This document shows positions 29,587-38,796 of a stretch of DNA of 51,634 nucleotides, piece by piece. The notes beneath the pieces are model-generated. The model saw only the letters and a list, made by a program, of their open reading frames with translations, ran no database searches and had not been told where the DNA came from. The position numbers and the translations under genes are program-made. The stretch's first letter is position 1, and the number at the start of each line of letters is the position of its first letter. Source of the DNA: a virus (lineage: Duplodnaviria; Heunggongvirae; Uroviricota; Caudoviricetes); the IMG/VR virus record IMGVR_UViG_2579779024_000005, one strand, 5' to 3'.

Positions 29587-30120
29587 TTATCTGTCGATTC
29601 CCCAGCACGCCAGCGCGCTCTCCTGGTCACGACGGAATACCTGACCGTAACAGTTATTTGAGCGAATACGGCAGTCTCTGCCACCGTCCTTAATCCACCA
29701 GCGAATCGCTTCGCATGCTCCCCTGCGATCACCTGCATTAATTCGTCTGTAAAACGTCGACGGGAAACACTTACCGGGACCAATGTTGTACGGACAGAAT
29801 GACGCGATCCCCGCTTTCTGGGGTTCGGTCAATGGCACTTTGATGTTTTTCTCCACCCATGCCAGCGCCTTATCACGCTCAATGGCGTTAACCCGGTCGC
29901 ATTTTTCCTTCGACAACTTCATGCCCGGAACGACAGGTTTGCCATCCACCAGGATGGCACCGCGGCAGATGGTCCAGATACCCGCGCCATCACGGTATGC
30001 CGTGGTGTGGTTACCTTCCTTTTCATCCAGAAACTGGTCGAGAATGTCAGGCGCAGGCGCACCAGCGGCAATCAGCGCCAGAACGGCAGCCGACAGGCCG
30101 TATCTGATTTTTGCGTTCAT
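29587..30120 (-). CDS. R: SAR endolysin (T4-lysozyme-like)
   Basis: 177 aa; N-terminal signal-anchor-release segment (LSAAVLALIAAGA) and lysozyme core (...EGNHTTAYRDGAGIWTICRG...). Confidence 0.85.
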   Translation of the reverse strand: MNAKIRYGLSAAVLALIAAGAPAPDILDQFLDEKEGNHTTAYRDGAGIWTICRGAILVDGKPVVPGMKLSKEKCDRVNAIERDKALAWVEKNIKVPLTEPQKAGIASFCPYNIGPGKCFPSTFYRRINAGDRRGACEAIRWWIKDGGRDCRIRSNNCYGQVFRRDQESALACWGIDR

Positions 30121-30225
30121 GGATATTTATCAGGATTTATCGGTTTCTGAGCCCTGGATATGTTTATCAGTTCCAGCCTGTTGCCTCAGGCTGCTAACAG
30201 GTCAATACAATCATGAGGATTATTT

Positions 30226-30498
30226 ATGGACAATAACACCATTTCTCTACAGGAGTTGCTCGACAGCATTTCCAGGCTTCGGGAAGACGTGAATACCCTT
30301 ACCGTCGCCTTCTCATATCTGGCATTCTCAATTCCAAGGGAACAGATGCAATCAACGCTGGCATCAATCCAGTTTGAATCATGCAATCCCAAATGGTCTC
30401 AGGAACAACAAGACTCTTTCAGGCGGCTTGCTGTATTACTGGATGAAAAATATGCTGGTAAAATTACCATTTCGGCGGACTCTTCAGAGAACCCGTAA
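30226..30498 (+). CDS. Hypothetical 90-aa protein, antisense to the lysis operon
   Basis: GAGGA RBS 7 bp upstream of ATG; overlaps the 3' end of the convergent 114-aa ORF by ~35 bp. Confidence 0.45.
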   Translation: MDNNTISLQELLDSISRLREDVNTLTVAFSYLAFSIPREQMQSTLASIQFESCNPKWSQEQQDSFRRLAVLLDEKYAGKITISADSSENP

Positions 30499-30808
30499 TT
30501 ATTCCCGGTAGTTTTCCTCTGTAGGTTATCAACACATCCTGCGCCTCTAAAATTACGGGGCGCTTTTCCGGCGACTGCTCATCCCCTTCACATAACCCGG
30601 CAGCAACATCCAGGAAGACCTGTCTGATGCTCCTTCTGGCTGCTGCCTCATAAAACTCCAGCGCGGCACCTTCAACACGGTCCAGCGAGATGTCCAGGTC
30701 AAAAATTTCACCGTCAAAGCGTTTTTTGTCCCGTAACGCTAAAGTTACCGTAACTTTATTCTCAAAATTGCGGATCCCTTTCACAATCAGTTCATAGTTT
30801 TGAGTCAT
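30464..30808 (-). CDS. Hypothetical protein between holin and endolysin (ydfR-like position)
   Basis: 114 aa; starts 4 bp after the holin stop. Confidence 0.55.
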   Translation of the reverse strand: MTQNYELIVKGIRNFENKVTVTLALRDKKRFDGEIFDLDISLDRVEGAALEFYEAAARRSIRQVFLDVAAGLCEGDEQSPEKRPVILEAQDVLITYRGKLPGIITGSLKSPPKW

Positions 30809-30812
30809 TGAA

Positions 30813-31028
30813 TTACTCTCCCCGTGCCGCCTTACGACGGTCCTCTCTGATTTTGAAATACAGGTTAGTCAGATATGTCAGCAGCCCAAACAGCAGACTC
30901 CCCAGCACGCCTATTGCCGCCCACTGAGACGGGGAAACCCTGTCCAGCAACTGCAGGAACCAGTAGCCCGTTCCCACCGCTGACGTGGTGTATGACACAC
31001 CTGTTGTGATTTTTTCCATCTGGTACAT
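30813..31028 (-). CDS. S: Holin with dual-start motif
   Basis: [71 protein letters not shown], as recalled for essD-type holins; M-Y-Q-M dual start. Confidence 0.85.
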   Translation of the reverse strand: MYQMEKITTGVSYTTSAVGTGYWFLQLLDRVSPSQWAAIGVLGSLLFGLLTYLTNLYFKIREDRRKAARGE

Positions 31029-31155
31029 ACCCCGTCTCCCGTTATCCGGAAGCTGACAACAATAAAAAAAGCCACCAGTTAAGTACTGATGGCTCTGATA
31101 ACTCATGCAGGCATCTCAGACGACCCACTGACACTACCGGTGAGTTTAACGATAC

Positions 31156-33417
31156 CTTCCATTTGACTGGCTCACTTTTTATGATGATGCCGGTGCATTT
31201 ATCTCCAGCACCAGACTTTCTATCTCAACGCCATACGTTGCATTTTTGGTAATATCCGTCAGCGTCAGCGCATTCAGCCCCAGTGTCAGACTGTCTTTTA
31301 TGACCTGGAATGCCGGGCCAGCCACTCCATTCAGTTTCGGAGTAACCGTGGCACTGCCGGCGGTGAACACCAGCTCCAGCGTCTGCCAGTCGTTACTGTA
31401 ATTCCCGAACTCGCCCAACTTTGTGTTTCCTGCTTTCTTGTGATGCATCAGATTCAGTTTGCCGTCTGTGGTCTGGGTGAAGAACGACATCAGGAACGGG
31501 TTACCAGTCCCGGTCATCGCCACGACGTCAGGTAACGCTACATCGGTATACAGATAAATTCCCAGACCGAACTGATTGTTGGTCAGTGCGCCTGACAGTC
31601 GAAACTTACAGCTCAGTCTGCCACCCCGTGTCAGCAGGGAGACTGCGTCATCCACCGGGCGCGTCAGGGACCAGGCTTTATTGCTCTGCTTGGTGATCTT
31701 AAATACACCATCTGACAACTGAATTCCGCCATTCTTAATGCTCCAGCCCTGCGCAGCAGCATCTCCGGCTGTCGGCAACAGGGAGATTGTGCGTACGGAT
31801 GCATCTTCAGACGGCCCCGATGGCGTGTCGCCGCCGGGCGAGGGTTTGATTTCCGGTGCCTTACCACTAATGAAGGCTAAGGTGCGACCGGCTACGTTCA
31901 GAATAGCAGTTGCCATACGATCGGGAATAATGCCACGACGCGCCCATGAGCTGAAATGCGTCGGGCGATTTGATGATACCCAGTTTTTGTTCGTTCGGGA
32001 TGCCGAACCGTAATAACCAGACCCGGCAATATCAGGATCTTCTGACGGGTTGTTTGTCGGTGTATTAACTCCGCTACCATCGGTCATAAAGGGAACAAAA
32101 TAAATCTGCTGGGATTCTTTACCTTTATATGCACCATATACCACTTCATATTGCGTACCGTGTTCTTGTTTCCACGCGTATGTCGTGTCGCCACAAATCC
32201 AGGGGACTGATGCCGGACTTCCACCGTGACACTGCGCCGCCAGCCCGGCAAGGTCAGCACGGAACTGCTGTACCATTGCAAGAAATCTTCCATTTGACTG
32301 GCTCACTTTTTATGATGATGCCGGTGCATTTATCTCCAGCACCAGACTTTCTATCTCAACGCCATACGTTGCATTTTTGGTAATATCCGTCAGCGTCAGC
32401 GCATTCAGCCCCAGTGTCAGACTGTCTTTTATGACCTGGAATGCCGGGCCAGCCACTCCATTCAGTTTCGGAGTAACCGTGGCACTGCCGGCGGTGAACA
32501 CCAGCTCCAGCGTCTGCCAGTCGTTACTGTAATTCCCGAACTCGCCCAACTTTGTGTTTCCTGCTTTCTTGTGATGCATCAGATTCAGTTTGCCGTCTGT
32601 GGTCTGGGTGAAGAACGACATCAGGAACGGGTTACCAGTCCCGGTCATCGCCACGACGTCAGGTAACGCTACATCGGTATACAGATAAATTCCCAGACCG
32701 AACTGATTGTTGGTCAGTGCGCCTGACAGTCGAAACTTACAGCTCAGTCTGCCACCCCGTGTCAGCAGGGAGACTGCGTCATCCACCGGGCGCGTCAGGG
32801 ACCAGGCTTTATTGCTCTGCTTGGTGATCTTAAATACACCATCTGACAACTGAATTCCGCCATTCTTAATGCTCCAGCCCTGCGCAGCAGCATCTCCGGC
32901 TGTCGGCAACAGGGAGATTGTGCGTACGGATGCATCTTCAGACGGCCCCGATGGCGTGTCGCCGCCGGGCGAGGGTTTGATTTCCGGTGCCTTACCACTA
33001 ATGAAGGCTAAGGTGCGACCGGCTACGTTCAGAATAGCAGTTGCCATACGATCGGGAATAATGCCACGACGCGCCCATGAGCTGAAATGCGTCGGGCGAT
33101 TTGATGATACCCAGTTTTTGTTCGTTCGGGATGCCGAACCGTAATAACCAGACCCGGCAATATCAGGATCTTCTGACGGGTTGTTTGTCGGTGTATTAAC
33201 TCCGCTACCATCGGTCATAAAGGGAACAAAATAAATCTGCTGGGATTCTTTACCTTTATATGCACCATATACCACTTCATATTGCGTACCGTGTTCTTGT
33301 TTCCACGCGTATGTCGTGTCGCCACAAATCCAGGGGACTGATGCCGGACTTCCACCGTGACACTGCGCCGCCAGCCCGGCAAGGTCAGCACGGAACTGCT
33401 GTACCATTGCAAGAAAT
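31156..33417. repeat. Perfect tandem direct duplication, 2 x 1131 bp, covering the 3' 1.1 kb of the esterase gene
   Basis: Copy 1 is 31156-32286 and copy 2 is 32287-33417; the translated ORFs in both copies are identical. Confidence 0.85.
31179..32306 (-). pseudogene. Duplicated 3' fragment of the nanS-p-like esterase gene (C-terminal 370 aa only)
   Basis: 375-aa ORF identical to the C-terminus of the 622-aa protein; its N-terminal codons are created by the duplication junction; lacks the esterase domain. Confidence 0.6.
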
Positions 33418-34178
33418 GCTGCTGGCTGCTGGGCGTAACTGGCATTCGTCATATCGAATTCCCCCTGCATCCAGCATATCGCCAGCAAAACGTTTTTCGG
33501 GTTTTTCTGCAATGCTGCCTTCGTGCGGAAAAGCAGATCCTGATATAACGGCTTACCCACTCCCCAGCGAGCCGAATCCTGACTGGCCCCCGTGGACTCG
33601 CTGAATGTCCCCTCCGTGCCCTGGGTGAATGCCGAACCACCACGACAGCATGGTACCAGCAGGATCCCCGCATTATTAGGGATATACGGAAGCAGTTTTT
33701 TGGCAATATGTAAGCCCTGTCCGACACAGCCGTACTGCCCTTTGCTCAGGTCAGCCCGGGGATGGTTAATCGTACTCATATCCTGAACATCATGCAGACA
33801 ATGGTCAGCAGGAATGATGTCGTTAAATACGCATACTTCACCACCGGGAGTCACTGTGTTACGACGGGCCAGTTGCTTAATGCGCGGATGGGGCGCATCG
33901 TATGAATCCGGAAGCGGAAGCCCTTCACCGTAAGCCATGGCATTGGATTGCCCGGCCAGTACGATGACGTAGTACCACTCCGGCTCAGTTGCACCACTGA
34001 CGACCACATCACCTTCTGCTGCAATCGCCTGCATCAGGGTATAAGGGGTTATGGCCACCGGACTACCAAACGGCTGCCAGCCCTCTTTCAGTTTATGTGT
34101 CAGCTTTTCCGCAAGATCTGACGGCGACGCCGCCCTGACAACATCATAGTGTTTAAATGCCATGGTTCTTTCCACCAT
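32310..34178 (-). CDS. nanS-p: Prophage sialate O-acetylesterase (NanS-p-like)
   Basis: 622 aa; DUF1737-like N-terminus, SGNH/SASA esterase core with GQSNA motif (IVLAGQSNAMAYGEG), C-terminal beta-rich domain. Confidence 0.75.
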   Translation of the reverse strand: MVERTMAFKHYDVVRAASPSDLAEKLTHKLKEGWQPFGSPVAITPYTLMQAIAAEGDVVVSGATEPEWYYVIVLAGQSNAMAYGEGLPLPDSYDAPHPRIKQLARRNTVTPGGEVCVFNDIIPADHCLHDVQDMSTINHPRADLSKGQYGCVGQGLHIAKKLLPYIPNNAGILLVPCCRGGSAFTQGTEGTFSESTGASQDSARWGVGKPLYQDLLFRTKAALQKNPKNVLLAICWMQGEFDMTNASYAQQPAAFLAMVQQFRADLAGLAAQCHGGSPASVPWICGDTTYAWKQEHGTQYEVVYGAYKGKESQQIYFVPFMTDGSGVNTPTNNPSEDPDIAGSGYYGSASRTNKNWVSSNRPTHFSSWARRGIIPDRMATAILNVAGRTLAFISGKAPEIKPSPGGDTPSGPSEDASVRTISLLPTAGDAAAQGWSIKNGGIQLSDGVFKITKQSNKAWSLTRPVDDAVSLLTRGGRLSCKFRLSGALTNNQFGLGIYLYTDVALPDVVAMTGTGNPFLMSFFTQTTDGKLNLMHHKKAGNTKLGEFGNYSNDWQTLELVFTAGSATVTPKLNGVAGPAFQVIKDSLTLGLNALTLTDITKNATYGVEIESLVLEINAPASS

Positions 34179-34423
34179 CTGAAAAATGATTCTTTAAAAT
34201 ACCTGACATGTAATACAGAAAAAACACAAAACCATACCTTAAATAAAAACCTCATCATCAAGCAGATATGCATGGATAAACTACAAGACGAGATATAAAC
34301 CACCCTGCATTTAAATAAACAATAAACAACATCAGAAAAATAATTCTGCTCTATGGTTTACAATCAAAAATATCATTTATACTTTTCAGAACATCACCAG
34401 CAAGGCATAAACAAGGAAACTAA

Positions 34424-34759
34424 ATGAAGTGGATTGTGATTGATACAGTTATCCAGCCATCATGCGGAATATCTTTTTCAGTCATATGGAGTAAAATAAA
34501 ATTAATAATCTGGTATCAATCGGATGCTTTCTTACCTCCTGAAAGTATATTTACACTGACTCACACAGGCATCATGCTCAATAACAAAGTGCTACCTGTA
34601 ACCATTTACAACGTAGTACCATTCAATAAAACATTCTGGAATTTAATCAAAAACAGCCAGGAATGCCCTACAAATACAGATAACGTATTGAATGAATGCT
34701 TTAATAACCGTTGCACTCTGCAAATATGTCCTTATGGACTAAAACAACAAAGTCCATAA
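34424..34759 (+). CDS. Hypothetical AT-rich ORF
   Basis: 111 aa; AT-rich; ends in a 10-bp perfect hairpin (ccttatggact...agtccataagg). Confidence 0.4.
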   Translation: MKWIVIDTVIQPSCGISFSVIWSKIKLIIWYQSDAFLPPESIFTLTHTGIMLNNKVLPVTIYNVVPFNKTFWNLIKNSQECPTNTDNVLNECFNNRCTLQICPYGLKQQSP

Positions 34760-35206
34760 GGAGTTTACTCACATCTGACAAAATCAATATAAACAGCCCC
34801 TCCGGAGAGGGGCTGGAGAGTGGCGCTATGTGCCATTGCATGGTGCCGGGTGCCTCCCGGTGAATTCAGTACCAGCACCTGAATCCGCGATTATCCCATA
34901 TACCTACTCGCTGATTGCCCCTCCGCACAGGGGGATTCACCATGCCAGTTTCTTTTAACAAACTCCCCGCAAACCAGACAACAATCAACCGCCTGAATTG
35001 TGAAGTATTTAAAAATTTCTCCCGCTAACTGATACCCGGCTAACAGTCTGGCGTTTTCTTTTTCAGCAACGGGAAAGCAACAACCACCACACCCGCCACC
35101 AGCACACCGTCAGCCAGCACTGACATTATCCGGCTGCAGCAATGCCATTCACAAAAACAGTAAGCAATCACTTTTTACCGTAACCGGTGATAATCCAGAT
35201 ATGTAT

Positions 35207-35563
35207 CTACCCCAGATGAGTAATCCGAAGTTCATCCATACCACAGGTCCTGGCTATTCTGTTGTACTCCTGAACAAGAGTAAATAATTCTGAATTAGCC
35301 ACCATGAACTCATCGCAAACCCTCTGTATAGCATCACTATTCAGAATAATAACGTCTCTTCCCGAAAGACGATCAGGAGTACAGAACAAAACTGTCAAAC
35401 GGCTGAAGGCCTTTGCTCGTGCTGCATTGACTATATCAATACGCTGCCTAAGGATGAAACACCCCGACGCCTCATCAATATTCACTCTACCCACACCATA
35501 TGAATGATAAATATTTAATGCTGAAAAAACCATTAGACCGTATAACAAACACTCAATCAACAC
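35207..35563 (-). CDS. Hypothetical protein at the position where Stx phages carry stxAB
   Basis: 118 aa; AT-rich flanks; no recognisable motif; possible internal start at MVFSAL. Confidence 0.45.
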   Translation of the reverse strand: MLIECLLYGLMVFSALNIYHSYGVGRVNIDEASGCFILRQRIDIVNAARAKAFSRLTVLFCTPDRLSGRDVIILNSDAIQRVCDEFMVANSELFTLVQEYNRIARTCGMDELRITHLG

Positions 35564-35670
35564 TTAACAGAACTTTTATTTTTGACAAACATATAATATT
35601 TTCAACAATATCCTGAGCCAGGTATATTTCAGTATAAGGCTCTGCCGGAAGGAATCTGGAAGAATGAATA

Positions 35671-35747
35671 TGGCGCGCTGTACTGGATTCGAACCAGTGA
35701 CCGATTGCTTAGAAGGCAATTGCTCTGTCCGGCTGAGCTAACAACGC
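35671..35747 (-). tRNA. argO: tRNA-Arg (anticodon UCU)
   Basis: 77-nt cloverleaf: acceptor GCGTTGT/ACAGCGC, D-stem GCTC/GAGC, anticodon stem ATTGC/GCAAT with loop CTTCTAA, T-loop TTCGAAT, encoded CCA. Confidence 0.85.
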
Positions 35748-35847
35748 TGAATACCGATAATGGACCGCCATCGGGGACCCGCCCCCGCACCAACAACCCT
35801 GTTATCGTGTCGTCTGCTCTTCCTGATAAGCTAATGGCGGTTTGTGA

Positions 35848-35923
35848 TGGTGGCCCTTGCTGGATTTGAACCAGCGACCTGGCGATTATGAGTCGCTCGC
35901 TCTCACCACTGAGCTAAAGGGCC
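35848..35923 (-). tRNA. ileZ: tRNA with CAU anticodon, ileX/ileZ-like (tRNA-Ile2)
   Basis: 76-nt cloverleaf GGCCCTTTAGCTCAGTGGTGAGAGCGAGCGACTCATAATCGCCAGGTCGCTGGTTCAAATCCAGCAAGGGCCACCA; close to the E. coli ileX sequence as recalled. Confidence 0.8.
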
Positions 35924-35972
35924 GGGAGCAGAATAATAATGGTGCGTAATTAATTCTGCAATCTCATCCGTT

Positions 35973-37022
35973 TCAAACGATTAAACCCTGAACTTCCCTG
36001 ACTGTCTGCTCAAAACGTCCGGTCTCCAGCTCAACGCCAATCGCACGACGCCCGAGCGCCAGTGCCGCTTTTACCGTTGAACCTGAGCCCATAAAAAAAT
36101 CTGCAACCAGGTCACCCGGACGACTGCTTGCGCTGATTATCTGCTGCAGCATTTCTGCCGGTTTTTCGCACGGATGTTTCCCGGGATAGAACTGCACCGG
36201 TTTATGTGTCCACACATCCGTGTACGGCACCTGCGCCGTCACACCAAAATACCGCCGCAGATGCTTATATTCACTCTGCAGCTCCACATACTGCCGGTTC
36301 AGTGACGTATACGTATCCACCAGCTGGTGGTGGGGCTTTTCCAGTTCACCGCGCTGATGTTTCTCTTCTGCCACCCGGGCAAACAGCGACTGTAATTTCA
36401 GATAATCGCTTTCGTTCGGTAGCTGCCACTGACTGGCACTGAACCAGTGCGACACCATGTTTTTCTTTCCTGTGGCATCTGCAATCTGTTTTGCCGTTAT
36501 CCCCAGGGCCGCGCGCGCATCACGAAAGTAAGAAATCAGCGGGGCCATCACATGCTGTTTCAGTGCACTGCCCTTCGCCGCATACCCGGCATCTTTCGGA
36601 CGATACGGCCCCTGATAATGTTCCGCGAACAGAATGCGCTCTGTGGCGGGGAAATACGCCCGCAGGCTTTCCTTGTTGCATCCGTTCCAGCGTCCGGACG
36701 GCTTCGCCCAGATAATATGGTTCAGCACACTGAAGCGTTCACGCATCATGATTTCGATATCAGATGCCAGGCGATGACCACAGAACAGGTAAAGACTTCC
36801 GGCAGGTTTCAGCACCCGCCAGAACTGCGCCAGACACTGGTCCAGCCACTTCAGGTAATCATCGTCGCCCTTCCACTGGTTATCCCAGCCCTCAGGCTTC
36901 ACTTTAAAGTACGGCGGGTCCGTGACTATCAGGTCAACAGAATTTTCGGGTAACGACCGGATAAATTCCAGGCAGTCGGCGTTGATTAACTCACAACTGG
37001 ATATTTTTACAGTATTAGCCAT
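35973..37022 (-). CDS. Orphan DNA N6-adenine/N4-cytosine methyltransferase
   Basis: 349 aa; DPPY catalytic motif (LIVTDPPYF) and C-terminal AdoMet-binding region (FFMGSGST). Confidence 0.85.
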   Translation of the reverse strand: MANTVKISSCELINADCLEFIRSLPENSVDLIVTDPPYFKVKPEGWDNQWKGDDDYLKWLDQCLAQFWRVLKPAGSLYLFCGHRLASDIEIMMRERFSVLNHIIWAKPSGRWNGCNKESLRAYFPATERILFAEHYQGPYRPKDAGYAAKGSALKQHVMAPLISYFRDARAALGITAKQIADATGKKNMVSHWFSASQWQLPNESDYLKLQSLFARVAEEKHQRGELEKPHHQLVDTYTSLNRQYVELQSEYKHLRRYFGVTAQVPYTDVWTHKPVQFYPGKHPCEKPAEMLQQIISASSRPGDLVADFFMGSGSTVKAALALGRRAIGVELETGRFEQTVREVQGLIV

Positions 37023-37173
37023 AGATCAATAAGCACTTCTCTGATAGGCTCATACCGCTTTTGCGCAAAGCAGATGGGCCTGAGGTTTGCTTGTGACCCC
37101 AACGCATGAGCAGATGGCTGGTGGGTGCCCCTAACACCCACCAGCCGCCCATTTACCACAAATAAAAAAGCCT

Positions 37174-37371
37174 TCACTGCGGAAGGCGTCTGTAACAACC
37201 GAACTGATAGTCTGCCAGACCCGCCATAACCAGCTGGGTCAGTATTAACTGGCAGCGTTCGCGTGAAAGGTAAGTATTCTGCGCAATCTCCCCGGCTGTC
37301 GCCGGTTCGGTGACGCTTAATTCATTAAACACCACTCTGGCGGTTTCTGTCATATCCTGCTGTTTCAGCAT
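37174..37371 (-). CDS. Small hypothetical protein downstream of tR'
   Basis: About 65 aa from an internal ATG with AAGGGA RBS. Confidence 0.35.
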   Translation of the reverse strand: MLKQQDMTETARVVFNELSVTEPATAGEIAQNTYLSRERCQLILTQLVMAGLADYQFGCYRRLPQ

Positions 37372-37493
37372 GTCTTTTTCCCTTTTCCGGTTAACGTGAC
37401 ACACCAATAACTCTTGTCGAAAAAGCCAGCAAGCTGAAAGACAGGTATTCACCGCCACCAGCGCGTTTACTGTACTGACGCGATTTCAGTCAT

Positions 37494-37515
37494 AAAAAAC
37501 CCGCCAGGCGGCGGG
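37494..37515 (-). terminator. tR'-like intrinsic terminator downstream of the late promoter
   Basis: Minus strand: cccgcc-gcct-ggcggg followed by a U-run. Confidence 0.55.
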
Positions 37516-37564
37516 GTGTAAAAAATCTTCTAACGTCAGGCATAAAACGCCCATCGTTAGAGCA

Positions 37565-37592
37565 AATTTACCACAGATTCGGGAAAAATCAA
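37565..37592 (-). promoter_or_regulatory. Late promoter pR' with expected qut site
   Basis: Minus strand TTGATT-16 bp-TAAATT directly downstream of Q; lambda pR' has -10 TAAATT as recalled. Confidence 0.5.
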
Positions 37593-37597
37593 CAACA

Positions 37598-38419
37598 CTA
37601 TCGCGTTACCCTCTTTAACTGCCGCTCCGCCCATGCCTCTTCAATGTCAAACCGAACCACCAACGTATCGTAAAAGCGTTTCACTGATTTTTTCCACGTA
37701 TCAAGCGTGATAGCACTCGTCACTTTGCATATGGCATTAAATGCCTCCGTTGATGGTAGTCTTTCACAGCCACGACCACCACAACGCTGGCAGTCTCTGA
37801 TAACAGGCATACCACGTTTTACCGACTCTTCACGATGAATGGCGACACCACGCCCACGGCAGTCTTTACAGGCAGTGGAAATCTCCCCCTTCCCTTTACA
37901 TTCAGGACAAGAAACTTTCACCACCTCCCGAATTTTTTTCCATTCTTCCCAGTAAGACGGATACACACCTTTCGTACACTTTGCCCATACTGGCGGCTTG
38001 CCATCCGGATACTGAACCTTGTTTGTAAAAACTTCGCCTTCAATAAATTTTTCCCCTCGGCAACAGGGGCACTGCTTTTTACTCGCTGCGCTGCGGGCAT
38101 AATCCTCAAAAGCGTACGAAGCCATAATGCGCATCACTACCGGTTTTATTTCTGCCGGAAGTTTTCTCAACGCCGCCACACGATCGCACCGACTGAGTGC
38201 ATAATCTGCCAGTAATTCTGTTGCCCGCGCCCTGTCATTCATACTGATGCCCATTTTCCCCAGGAACGCAGAAAACCCCATCTCAGCCCGATTCTGTGTC
38301 ATGCCCTGCGCGGCCATCACATCAGTGATACTCAGCGCATCTTTCGACGTTGAGGCCGATGCATCAGTCAGGCCGGGGGATTTTGGGGAGTAGTATTTCG
38401 GTAAATCTTCCAGTTTCAT
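37598..38419 (-). CDS. Q: Antitermination protein Q-like
   Basis: 273 aa with several CxxC pairs (CPCCRGEK, CPECKGKG, CKDCRGRG, CQRCGGRG); position upstream of pR'/tR'. Confidence 0.65.
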   Translation of the reverse strand: MKLEDLPKYYSPKSPGLTDASASTSKDALSITDVMAAQGMTQNRAEMGFSAFLGKMGISMNDRARATELLADYALSRCDRVAALRKLPAEIKPVVMRIMASYAFEDYARSAASKKQCPCCRGEKFIEGEVFTNKVQYPDGKPPVWAKCTKGVYPSYWEEWKKIREVVKVSCPECKGKGEISTACKDCRGRGVAIHREESVKRGMPVIRDCQRCGGRGCERLPSTEAFNAICKVTSAITLDTWKKSVKRFYDTLVVRFDIEEAWAERQLKRVTR

Positions 38420-38796
38420 TTTTTGACCTGCTCTTCATGCATTATGGGGTAAATCTTCACCCCCAGACGTCCACCAGATACTGGCTGACCACGAACGATA
38501 TTGATTTCATCAAACTGCTCATCGTCCATTAGCAACCCCGCATGCGTCAGCGCATCCAGCGGCGCTTTCAGAATATTGTCCAGATCACGGCGGCGCTTAT
38601 CCGGTGGTTCTGCAATAATTTTTATTGCCAACCTTCCGGACAGGCTTAATTTCAGCCGCTGCTGGCGAACAATAAGCGCCACTGCCCGGCGATAACGCTC
38701 CCCGGCTTTTGATACAAAATATGTGCTGCCACGACGACGCCAGTAAGTGTTCACCGTTGGCGGGTAAGGCAAAACAAATTCTATGCGTTCAGTCAT
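38416..38796 (-). CDS. rusA: Holliday junction resolvase RusA
   Basis: 126 aa; ...PPTVNTYW...RRRDLDNILKAPLDAL... is RusA-like. Confidence 0.85.
   Translation of the reverse strand: MTERIEFVLPYPPTVNTYWRRRGSTYFVSKAGERYRRAVALIVRQQRLKLSLSGRLAIKIIAEPPDKRRRDLDNILKAPLDALTHAGLLMDDEQFDEINIVRGQPVSGGRLGVKIYPIMHEEQVKK

Noticed and set aside
30186-30392. 68-aa minus-strand ORF upstream of the endolysin
   Set aside because: Overlaps the better-supported plus-strand 90-aa ORF (with RBS) and the divergent promoter region; no start context.
34179-35670. Shiga toxin genes (stxA/stxB) at the canonical position between the tRNAs and nanS-p
   Set aside because: No ORF of the right size or sequence (no StxA N-glycosidase motifs, no StxB-like 89-aa secreted protein) is present; the locus carries other ORFs instead.
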